Shown one piece after another: positions 34,761 through 43,166 of a DNA stretch of 64,000 bases. A program made the translations under genes and the position numbers. The stretch covers positions 3,492,288 to 3,556,287 of the forward strand of contig OZ242341.1 of assembly GCA_965208545.1 (NCBI GenBank). Direction: 5' to 3'. Positions within the stretch are counted from its first letter, which is position 1. Every line of letters starts with the position of its first letter. Source of the stretch: Candidatus Poriferisocius sp. (GTDB taxonomy: Bacteria > Actinomycetota > Acidimicrobiia > Acidimicrobiales > Bin134). Under the pieces are notes generated by a model. The model was not told the DNA's origin, did no database searches, and saw nothing but the letters and a program-made list of their open reading frames with translations.

Positions 34761-35665
34761 GCGAGGAGATCTTCTCCGAATCGGCCCCCGAGCATGCGGC
34801 CGTCAAAGTCCCCGAACTGCTGGCGCGCTGCACTTTCGCTCCTGCGGGCACCGCGGTGGACTGCGCGGTGTCGGGCGGGCCGGACTCGCTGGCATTGCTG
34901 GTGCTGGCCTCAGAAGCAGGCTGCGCGGTGACCGCCTGGCATGTGGACCACGGGCTGCGACCGGGCTCGGCCGCCGAAGCCGAGGTGGTGGCCCAGGCGG
35001 CCGCGCGCTGGGGGGCAGCCTTCGAGGCTCGCACCGCGCATTGCGAGCCTGGACCCAATCTGGAGGCCCGAGCCCGCCAAGCCCGCTACGGGGTGCTGCC
35101 CGCTGGCGTGCTCACCGGCCACACCGCCGACGACCAGGCCGAGACGGTGCTGTTGAACCTCATGCGGGGAGCAGGATTGGACGGCTTGGCCGGCATCGAC
35201 CCGACCCGTCGACCGCTGTTGGGGCTGCGCCGCCACGAGACCCAGGCGCTGTGTGAGGCCCAAGGGCTGGAGCCGGTGCAAGACCCCTCCAATCTCGACC
35301 CCGCCCATCGCCGCAACCGCATCCGCCATGAGCTGCTGCCCCTGCTCTGCGACATTGCCGAGCGCGATGTGGTGCCGATCATCGCCCGGGGCGCCAGCCT
35401 GACGGGCGGGGTACGCGACTTGCTCGATGAGCTGGCCGCGGCCATCGACCCCACCGACGCCAAGGCGTTGGCCCAGGCTCCCGAGCCCCTGGCCCAGATG
35501 GCATTGCGCCGGTGGATCCAACGCGAGACCGACGCCGACCACCCGCCTGACGCCGCTGCCATCGAGCGGGTCATGGCCGTGGTCCGAAATGAAGCTCGAT
35601 CCACCGAAATAGGCGGAGGCTGGCGAGTCACCCGATCTTCCCAACGGCTCGGCCTCCAAAGATAA
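34757..35665 (+). CDS. tilS: tRNA(Ile)-lysidine synthase
   Basis: PP-loop CAVSGGPDSLALL. The only in-frame start found is TTG at 34757, which overlaps the upstream stop. The upstream part of the long ORF overlaps the protease gene. Confidence 0.8.
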   Translation: MSEEIFSESAPEHAAVKVPELLARCTFAPAGTAVDCAVSGGPDSLALLVLASEAGCAVTAWHVDHGLRPGSAAEAEVVAQAAARWGAAFEARTAHCEPGPNLEARARQARYGVLPAGVLTGHTADDQAETVLLNLMRGAGLDGLAGIDPTRRPLLGLRRHETQALCEAQGLEPVQDPSNLDPAHRRNRIRHELLPLLCDIAERDVVPIIARGASLTGGVRDLLDELAAAIDPTDAKALAQAPEPLAQMALRRWIQRETDADHPPDAAAIERVMAVVRNEARSTEIGGGWRVTRSSQRLGLQR

Positions 35666-35684
35666 GCACCGCTAGGTTGACCCC

Positions 35685-36242
35685 GTGTCCACCGCGGCAG
35701 ACAGTGGCAACGGCGACCCCGGTCCGATCCTCATCTCCAACGAGGAGCTGACCGCCTGCATCGCAGACCTCGGCACCCGCATCACCGCCGACTACCAGGG
35801 CCGTGCTCCCCTGCTGGTGGGGGTGCTCAAGGGCGCTTTCATGTTCATGGCCGATCTGGCCCGGGCCATCGAACTGCCGGTGGAGTTCGACTTCATGGCG
35901 GTGTCGTCCTACGGAAGCTCCACCCGCACCAGCGGAGTGGTGCGGATCGTCAAGGACCTCGACCTGGATTTGGCCGGGCGCGACGTGATCCTGGTGGAAG
36001 ACATCATCGACAGCGGTCTGACCCTCAACTACCTCCGCAAGAACCTGGCCGCCCGCAACCCGGCCAGCCTGGAAGTGTGCGCCCTGCTGGTGCGCAAGGG
36101 CCGCCAGTACGAAGACCTCGACCTGCGCTACGTGGGCTTCGAGATCCCGCCCGACTTCGTGGTGGGCTACGGCCTCGACGTGGGCGAGCGCTACCGCCAA
36201 CTCCCTCACATCTGCCAATACCAGCCAAACAGCAATTCATAG
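35685..36242 (+). CDS. hpt: Hypoxanthine-guanine phosphoribosyltransferase
   Basis: PRPP motif VILVEDIIDSGLTL, with typical N- and C-terminal regions (LLVGVLKGAFMFMADL, FVVGYGLD). Confidence 0.9.
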   Translation: MSTAADSGNGDPGPILISNEELTACIADLGTRITADYQGRAPLLVGVLKGAFMFMADLARAIELPVEFDFMAVSSYGSSTRTSGVVRIVKDLDLDLAGRDVILVEDIIDSGLTLNYLRKNLAARNPASLEVCALLVRKGRQYEDLDLRYVGFEIPPDFVVGYGLDVGERYRQLPHICQYQPNSNS

Positions 36243-36997
36243 AATTAGTTGAAATACACCTTGCTTTACTGAACGGGGTGTGGCAGATTGAGGCCATCGG
36301 AGCAACTCGACAGCTCCCCTCCCGACACATCGGTAACAACCCATGCGGATGGCAAGCGAGGATCGTCGGCGTCAGCTTCCCTGGGTGATACTCGGACTGA
36401 CCGTCACCCTCACCGCGGCAATCCTCTTCGCCCTGTGGGCATCGTCGCCGCAGTGATGATTGACACTGCGTGGCACAGAGTGCTCCGTCAATTCCGCTGC
36501 CACCGCCTACAGCAAGCGGCCGAGCGAGGCGGGTGGTCTGACTGGTGCGAGGAGTGCGCGCGATTGGTGCACACGGCCTAGGTGCATGACCAGCCGACCG
36601 GCACTATGGCTCCACGATCCTCTTCAACAGAAGCACCCAAAGACGGTCGAGACTCACGTTGGTCGAATGGCCACTGTCGGTGATTCCGCGCACCATCTGA
36701 GTGTGCCCGCGCCCGGCGTGCACCCACATGCCGCTGAGATCTTTTACATCTATGGACAGTCGGCTGGGCGCTCGTTCGGCCCAGCTGCACGGGCAAACCA
36801 GCCCAATACTGCAAATGGCTCAATGATTTGAAAGGGACTGCGTACAACATCGAGACCAGCGACTTCTTTCGTGCTAGAGACGCCACCTTCTAGGCGGTAG
36901 CCAGCCCAGCCAGCCCTCGGTGGCGTTGCTCCAAACTGTCACCCTTACCAATAGCATGATGATGTATGCAAGCTAGCTGCACGCCTTTGGAGTCGCG

Positions 36998-37741
36998 GTG
37001 AGCGAGCCGCTGTTGGACCAGATTGAGTCGGAGGCGATGGACGGCGATGTCGTCAAAGCGCTGCGGCTGTGCATCAAGCTGGGTGGTCACTCTGGTAGCG
37101 CAGACTTGAGACAATGGGCTGAGCGTGAGCTAAACGGATACGACTCAGACGAAGAGGTGCCCGGTTACCGACGCATCGGCGCTCCGCTCTGCTATGACGG
37201 CACTTCGATGAGCGAGAAGGCAAGGGGTGTCGAACTCCCCATCAGCGCTCTTCCCGAATTCGCCAAAGAAGCGGCCGAAGAGGGGCTACTGATGATGATG
37301 CCAATTTCTGAGATTCGTGACATGGCTCGAACAACGGGATCTCTCAGACTCGCCCCGTCCTGGGGAGCCGAGGTGGCCCAATATATGAACGCGCATGGAT
37401 ACTCAAACGGCATCTACAGCATCTACTGGTCGGCACAACCCGGAGTCGTCAATTCAATAGCCGAGAGGGTCCGCACAGACCTCATCCGGCTGGTGAACGA
37501 AATGAGGCCCGGATTGGAAGACGGTCAAGACCTGCCCTCAAGTGACACGGCCTCCCAAGCAGTCAACGTGGTCATCAAGGGCGACAACAACCGAGTGGCC
37601 TTGAAAGGCGTCGAGCAAACCGTCCAAGGCAACACGCCTGAGAAGAGTCCGAAGCGGAAGAGACTCGAAATGGCGTACTGGGTCGCAGGGGTAGCCCTCG
37701 CTGTGGTGGCAATTGTCACCTTGATCCTCCGGTTCACCTGA
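36998..37741 (+). CDS. AbiTii-like domain protein with C-terminal TM anchor
   Basis: The N-terminus LLDQIESEAMDGDVVKALRLCIKLGGHSGSADLRQWAERELNGY matches my recollection of the AbiTii N-terminal pattern (...W...ELNGY). The C-terminal hydrophobic helix is YWVAGVALAVVAIVTLILRF. Confidence 0.5.
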   Translation: MSEPLLDQIESEAMDGDVVKALRLCIKLGGHSGSADLRQWAERELNGYDSDEEVPGYRRIGAPLCYDGTSMSEKARGVELPISALPEFAKEAAEEGLLMMMPISEIRDMARTTGSLRLAPSWGAEVAQYMNAHGYSNGIYSIYWSAQPGVVNSIAERVRTDLIRLVNEMRPGLEDGQDLPSSDTASQAVNVVIKGDNNRVALKGVEQTVQGNTPEKSPKRKRLEMAYWVAGVALAVVAIVTLILRFT

Positions 37742-37926
37742 TGATTCACCAGGCAGTCACCTGCCCACAGAGCCATATCTCATGGGCTGATGTCCGACCA
37801 GTGCTGGAGCTCTCCTCAGCGGAACAAGAGAGGTCCGAGTTGTCTCACCCGCTCACTAGAATTCTGATGTTTGCAAGCCAGAAACCTATCCCCGGACCAT
37901 CGGCAGGCAAGAGAGGTCGTAGCAAG

Positions 37927-38163
37927 ATGGGTAAGAAACCTCCAGTCCACACAGTCCCGCACGACGACGGATGGGCCAACCGGCGAGAAGGGTCAGAACG
38001 CGTCAACGAGATTTGCCCCACCATGAATGTAGCCTCGCAGGCTGGGCGCGTCAGCCCCCGGAGGGAGAGCACAGAGCACCCTGTCCTCAGAAGAGTCAGC
38101 AGGATCAACGAAGTGCAGCCTTCTACGCATGGAAGATTGCTCCACAAGCACAAGCGGCAGTGA
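37927..38163 (+). CDS. DUF2188-like small protein (possibly degraded)
   Basis: MGKKPPVHTVPHDDGWANRREGSERVNEICPT resembles the DUF2188 pattern (hVvPhddGWav.reG..ra). The C-terminal part diverges. Confidence 0.4.
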   Translation: MGKKPPVHTVPHDDGWANRREGSERVNEICPTMNVASQAGRVSPRRESTEHPVLRRVSRINEVQPSTHGRLLHKHKRQ

Positions 38164-38167
38164 ACCG

Positions 38168-38833
38168 ATGGACAAAATCCCGTTCTCGGTCTATGACTTC
38201 TTTGGCCTCCTCAGCTCAGGCACAGTCATTCTGGCGGGGGTCTGGTTTGCCCATAAGGGTGTTGATGCGTTCCAGCAGGAGCTAAACGTTGCTCAGGGCT
38301 TGGTGCTAGTCCTTGCTGCCTATCTGCTTGGACATGTAGTCGCGTCCGTTTCCAGCTTCCTGCTGGAGCGTCGACTAACCAGGGGATTTATCGGATCACC
38401 CACCGATTTGCTCTTCGGCAAGTTCCCGCCTGCTGGCTGGCGGCGGTTGTTCAGCGAATACCACAAACCGCTCCCAGAAGCGACTGCCGAACGGGTCTTG
38501 AGACGTGCCAATCAGAAGGCGGGGATTGACGAAGCTGGGGAAGCGCTTTTTTACCATTGCTTCGGTGTGGTCCGACGGGAAGAATTCCCGAGGGAGCGGT
38601 TGGCGAGCTTCCTGAATCTCTATGGCTTTGGAAGGAACACATCAATGGCGGCATTCATTAGTGCCGTCATTATCGGTATAGCAGCCACCATCAACAACAG
38701 GGTTGAATCAGATGAGTTGTGGTTTGGTGCTCTGTTAGCAGTTTTTGTAGGAGTTGTAATGTTCTTTCGTTATTTGAAATTCTATCGGCAGTATTCTGTC
38801 GAACTCTATATAACCTACGCGGAGGTCATGTAA
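38168..38833 (+). CDS. Four-TM membrane protein of unknown function
   Basis: Hydrophobic segments are FFGLLSSGTVILAGVWFA, LVLVLAAYLLGHVVASVSSFLL, AAFISAVIIGIAATI and WFGALLAVFVGVVMFF, with a ~110-aa soluble loop between TM2 and TM3. The stop overlaps the next start (ATGTAATG). Confidence 0.55.
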   Translation: MDKIPFSVYDFFGLLSSGTVILAGVWFAHKGVDAFQQELNVAQGLVLVLAAYLLGHVVASVSSFLLERRLTRGFIGSPTDLLFGKFPPAGWRRLFSEYHKPLPEATAERVLRRANQKAGIDEAGEALFYHCFGVVRREEFPRERLASFLNLYGFGRNTSMAAFISAVIIGIAATINNRVESDELWFGALLAVFVGVVMFFRYLKFYRQYSVELYITYAEVM

Positions 38834-39717
38834 TGAGCAAGATAAAGTCTTTCTCAGTTGGGAACGGCGACATGTTCTACATAAAACATGGATCAGACAA
38901 CTTCACGATCATTGATTGCTCGCTGTCAGAGGATAACAGCAAGAGAATCTTGGAGGAACTTAACTTGGAACGGTGCCGCAAAGGTATCACCCGATTCATT
39001 TCAACGCATCCTGACCAGGACCACATCAGTGGCCTAGCCAAGCTGGATGACAAAATTGAGATTCTGAACTTCTACTGTGTAAAGAACTCCGCAACCAAAG
39101 GGGACAAGACTACTGACTTCAAGCGCTATTGTGAACTTCGTGACCATAACAAGAAGGCATTTCACATTTACAGGGGATGTACCCGAAAGTGGATAAACGA
39201 GACAAGTAGCGAACGCAAATCTTCGGGAATCAACATCCTTTGGCCAGATAGAAACAATCAAGAGTTCAAAGATGCCCTCGCTCTCGCAGCAAAGGGGGAG
39301 AGTCCAAACAACATCTCGCCCATAGTCAAATACAGCTTGAATGACGGTGTAACAGCACTATGGATGGGTGACTTGGAAGCCGATTTTATGGAATCCATCA
39401 AAGACAAGATCAAGCTTCCAAAGGCGGATCTGCTATTTGCCCCACATCACGGAAGAAAATCGGGGCGTCTCCCAAAGAAATGGCTAGATGAGATCAAGCC
39501 TGGAATCATAATCGTCGGGGAAGCCCCTTCGGAGCACCTAGATTATTACAAGTCATATAGCACAATTACTCAGAACTCGGCTGGAGACATCGTGTTCGAG
39601 TGTGAGGATGGTGCAGTTCACATCTATGTATCGGAGAAGGGCTACTCCGTTGATTTCCTGACGAACGCTGGCCTGTCAGCTGGGGACGGGTACTACCTCG
39701 GCACCCTGAAGCTCTAG
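38833..39717 (+). CDS. Stand-alone ComEC/Rec2-type metallo-beta-lactamase-fold hydrolase (putative nuclease)
   Basis: HxDxDH motif in FISTHPDQDHISGL, and a downstream LFAPHHGRKSG (HHG) motif as in the ComEC MBL domain. GGAGG at 38821-38825 precedes the ATG at 38833. The gene has very low GC. Confidence 0.7.
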   Translation: MSKIKSFSVGNGDMFYIKHGSDNFTIIDCSLSEDNSKRILEELNLERCRKGITRFISTHPDQDHISGLAKLDDKIEILNFYCVKNSATKGDKTTDFKRYCELRDHNKKAFHIYRGCTRKWINETSSERKSSGINILWPDRNNQEFKDALALAAKGESPNNISPIVKYSLNDGVTALWMGDLEADFMESIKDKIKLPKADLLFAPHHGRKSGRLPKKWLDEIKPGIIIVGEAPSEHLDYYKSYSTITQNSAGDIVFECEDGAVHIYVSEKGYSVDFLTNAGLSAGDGYYLGTLKL

Positions 39718-40203
39718 CTGCATTCCAAAACCAGACCAAGTGCTCATTCCCGTCGTGGACCCGCACCAACTGGACCGCGACAGCGACGGGTGGGGCTGAA
39801 TGTCTTGAACGTATGGTCCCCGTTGTCTTGACCTCGCATTTAGCAGCCAAGCCGGTGCCTACGTCTCATCACTGCGCCGTGGGAGTTGCCGGGCCATATT
39901 CAGCCATCTGGTTCAACGACGGCCCCAAACTGCCCTGCGGTTACTCCGACGACTCAGAATGGGTCCAGTGGCTCGGCGATAACCACGCAGTCAGCTGGGG
40001 TTGAGCTGCTAGTAGTCAGCACTGGGGCCCGATGCAGGAAGCATCCCTCTGCTCGGTGTCTGGTAGCGCCTGGTTTCCGAGCGGGTTGTGGAGGCGGGGT
40101 ACGTTGTGTGCGTTGATCTCTCTGAATAGGAGCACCATGAATCCGACGGACCTCGGGCCAGTCCTCGCGCTGTTCGCAGGGGACGAATCCACATAGGCAG
40201 CTG

Positions 40204-43164
40204 ATGGACGAGTTGTTCCAAGACCCTGCGGTTGATCCTGTTCTGTGTTCTCCTTATGAGGAGCCGGATCGCCATTGGCAGCTTGATGAGGATGGGCGGG
40301 CTGATCGGACCCGGCTGCCGCTGAGGCAGAGAAGGGAGCCGTTGAGGATAAGCGTTCCCGCGGATGCGAAGGCAACGGGTCAGGGCGTGCTGAGGCTGTC
40401 GGACAGAGAGTCGAATGGGGCGGTCCTGGCCATCCGGGAGGCTGTCGGCGAGTGGCGGGCTAACGGCTATGAGGGAGCGGAGACCACCAGCAGGAGGCTG
40501 CTGTGGCATTGGACCGATCCCCAGTCGATGCGGTTGCGCCCCTTTTTCGCTCAGGTGGAGGCGATTGAGACTTTGATCTGGCTGCGGGAAGTGGCGACTA
40601 GGGCGACCCGCGCTCGGCGCGACTTAGAAGAGGAGGCTCGGAAGTACAACGACGGGATCGTCCGGCTCTGTTCAAAGATGGCGACAGGAACGGGCAAGAC
40701 GGCGGTGATGGGGATGCTCATCGCGTGGCAGACCCTCAACGCCATCAAGTCCAAGCGCACCAGGAACTTGCAGCACACCAACAAATTCGTTGTGCTCGCC
40801 CCCGGCCACACGGTGCGGCAGAGGTTGGGGGTGCTCGTGCCTTCTTCTGAGGACAATGTGTATGACGAGATGGGTTTGGTGCCCCATGATCTGCGCTCCC
40901 AGTTAAACAGGGCGCGGGTGAGGATCTTCAACTACCAAGCGTTCACCCAGAAGGACTTGATTGTCGACACCGACGCCCGCAAACTCCTCGGCAAGGCCAA
41001 GGGCGAGGACATCGAGTCTTGGGGCGCAGCGGTTCGCCGGGTGGTGGGCGACATCGCAGATGGGACCGGCTCGATCTGTGTCATCAACGACGAGGCCCAC
41101 CACTGCTATCTGCCAAAGGACTCGACAGGCCAGCGGCGCTCGCGGGAGGACAAGGACGAGGATGCACGGGCCGCTGTGTGGTTCAACGCCATCAGGGCAA
41201 TGCGCGACCAGGGCCTTCTCGGCAAGATCGGCGAGCACGGCCAGGAGTTCCCGGTCTACGACTTCTCGGCCACGCCACTGTGGATCGACACATCGCACCG
41301 CTCCGAGCCGGAGCAGTTCCAATGGGTGGTCTCTGATTTCGGGCTGATGGAAGCCATCGAGTCCGGCCTGGTGAAGGTCCCTAGGGTGCCGATTGACGAT
41401 GACAGCACCCGTGACGAGACGGTCTGGCGGAAGCTGTACGAGAACACACAGTCGAAAGACCTGGCCAAGTGGCTCGCCTCTGAGAACAGCAGCAGCCGCC
41501 TGCCCGAAGCGCTTCACGGTGCCGTGCAAGCGGTGGCCCAGGACTGGGAGCGTAAGCTCCGCGTATGGGAGGGGCACCCCCTGGATGGGAAAGGCCCAAT
41601 GCGGCAGCCGCAGCCGACCCCTCCTGTCATCATCTTCGTGGCAAACAAGATCAGCAACGCGACTGCTCTTTGGAAGTACATCGCAGGCGACATCAGCGAC
41701 GCCGGGGAGGTCACAACGGCGGCTTTCCCCGAGCTTTCCAACCTCGACGAGAACGGTCAGTGGCTCGCGGAGCCGCGAACCCTTCTGGTCCACAGCAAGA
41801 TCGGCGGGAGCGACACTGTTCCCGACCCGCTGAAAAAGATGCTGGTGCAAACAGCCGGGCTGGGCAGCAAGGCCGACGCTGAGGAGGCCGTGCGGGAGAT
41901 GCTGAACACGGTTGGCAAGCCGGGGCGGGCTGGTGCCCAGGTGCGTTGCGTCATCTCGGTGGGGATGCTCACCGAGGGGTGGGACGCGCGCACCGTCACC
42001 CACATCGTCGGATTCCGGGCCTTCGGCACCCAGCTCCTCTGCGAACAGGTCACCGGCAGGGCACTTCGCCGCACCTCCTACGACGCTTTTCGGCAGCGGG
42101 ACGGCAAAGAGCTACTTGAGGCCGAGTACGCCGATGTTGTAGGAATCCCATTCGAGTTCATGCCCAGCGTTGCCGAGCCGACACCACCCGGCGACCCCAA
42201 ACCCCGAACCAGGGTCCGCACCGTTCCGGGCCGTCACGAATACCGAGTCGGCTGGCCCCAGGCCATCGAATACATCCACGTCGCTGAGCAGGGGCGATTC
42301 GACCTCGACTCCGACAAGATCACCGCATGGTCGCCTCCGCAGTCAACCGGGGCGACCATCACCATCGTGGAAGGGGCAGCAGGCGAGGCCGGTTACATCA
42401 CTTCCATCGACGAGGACGCCCGGCCCCGCACCGCTCTGGTAGAACTGGCAGCCGCGGTAACCGCAAAGGTCTCGGCTCCCGACGGGCTGGCCAGCGGACA
42501 GGGCAAGACATCGCTATTCATCTCGGCCAACAAGGCTGTCAAGAAATGGGTGTCCCACCCGGATGTGGATGTCAACGGGATCGAAGGACTCAAGGAGATT
42601 CTCGCCGACTCGCACCACCGCCAAGCCGCCATAGAAGCGGTCCTCGAAGCGTGCAATTTCCACACCGACGCATCCCCCCGGTGCGCCCGGCTGGCCAGCC
42701 CGCCCATATGCGACACGGCCCGCATCGACTTCGAAACGACGCTCTCCCACATCGCCGAAGCGGAAAAATCGGAACTCTCCCACGCCGCCTGCCACTCCAA
42801 TCTCGAACTTCGCACCGCGACAGAATTGGACAGGCATCCGAAGGTTCAGTGCTGGGTGAGAAATTTCCAACTCGGCTGGACCATCCCCTACTGGCGCGAC
42901 GGGGTGTGGGCGCGCTACGAACCGGACTTCATAGCCGTGCTGGCCTGCGGCACCAACCTGGTCGTCGAATGCAAGGGCGTGTGGGACCACAAAGCACGCC
43001 AAGCCGCCGAGTACACCGAGCAGCACTGGATACCCAGCATCGCCGGGACCACCAGCCTGCCCGATCATCTCCGACAGTGGGCCTACACAGTGATCGACGA
43101 CCCGAACTCGATCCGACACCAGCTCGACCTCGCCATCCGCCAAGCAACCGAAAGGCAGCAATAG
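40204..43164 (+). CDS. Type III restriction enzyme Res-like SF2 helicase with C-terminal PD-(D/E)xK nuclease
   Basis: Motif I MATGTGKTAVMG, motif II VINDEAHHCY, motifs V/VI SVGMLTEGWDARTVTHIVGFRAF...GRALRR. The C-terminal nuclease region is YEPDFIAVL...LVVECKG. Confidence 0.85.
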   Translation: MDELFQDPAVDPVLCSPYEEPDRHWQLDEDGRADRTRLPLRQRREPLRISVPADAKATGQGVLRLSDRESNGAVLAIREAVGEWRANGYEGAETTSRRLLWHWTDPQSMRLRPFFAQVEAIETLIWLREVATRATRARRDLEEEARKYNDGIVRLCSKMATGTGKTAVMGMLIAWQTLNAIKSKRTRNLQHTNKFVVLAPGHTVRQRLGVLVPSSEDNVYDEMGLVPHDLRSQLNRARVRIFNYQAFTQKDLIVDTDARKLLGKAKGEDIESWGAAVRRVVGDIADGTGSICVINDEAHHCYLPKDSTGQRRSREDKDEDARAAVWFNAIRAMRDQGLLGKIGEHGQEFPVYDFSATPLWIDTSHRSEPEQFQWVVSDFGLMEAIESGLVKVPRVPIDDDSTRDETVWRKLYENTQSKDLAKWLASENSSSRLPEALHGAVQAVAQDWERKLRVWEGHPLDGKGPMRQPQPTPPVIIFVANKISNATALWKYIAGDISDAGEVTTAAFPELSNLDENGQWLAEPRTLLVHSKIGGSDTVPDPLKKMLVQTAGLGSKADAEEAVREMLNTVGKPGRAGAQVRCVISVGMLTEGWDARTVTHIVGFRAFGTQLLCEQVTGRALRRTSYDAFRQRDGKELLEAEYADVVGIPFEFMPSVAEPTPPGDPKPRTRVRTVPGRHEYRVGWPQAIEYIHVAEQGRFDLDSDKITAWSPPQSTGATITIVEGAAGEAGYITSIDEDARPRTALVELAAAVTAKVSAPDGLASGQGKTSLFISANKAVKKWVSHPDVDVNGIEGLKEILADSHHRQAAIEAVLEACNFHTDASPRCARLASPPICDTARIDFETTLSHIAEAEKSELSHAACHSNLELRTATELDRHPKVQCWVRNFQLGWTIPYWRDGVWARYEPDFIAVLACGTNLVVECKGVWDHKARQAAEYTEQHWIPSIAGTTSLPDHLRQWAYTVIDDPNSIRHQLDLAIRQATERQQ

Positions 43165-43166
43165 CA

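Noticed and set aside
36343-36581. Two overlapping mini-ORFs downstream of hpt: a 37-aa TM peptide (36343-36456) and a 41-aa Cys-containing peptide (36456-36581, ...WCEECARLV...)
   Set aside because: The TGATGA coupling and the TM helix are suggestive, but both are too short to support without conservation or expression data.
36604-36744. Minus-strand fragment translating to ...GMWVHAGRGHTQMVRGITDSGHSTNVSLDRLWVLLLKRIVEP*, which resembles the C-terminus of an alpha/beta hydrolase
   Set aside because: It is only about 45 codons and is preceded by stop codons, and the match is by pattern memory only. It could be a remnant of a gene disrupted by the island, but the evidence is insufficient.
39720-40203. 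About 480-bp gap between the MBL and Res genes, with small ORFs (39813-40004, 39886-40116) and a 19-codon uORF before res
   Set aside because: There are no recognisable motifs, RBS-supported long ORFs, or repeat or hairpin structures suggesting an ncRNA. It was left unannotated.
40903-42003. 366-aa minus-strand ORF antisense to the Res gene
   Set aside because: It is a shadow ORF, and the plus-strand frame carries the complete set of SF2 helicase motifs.
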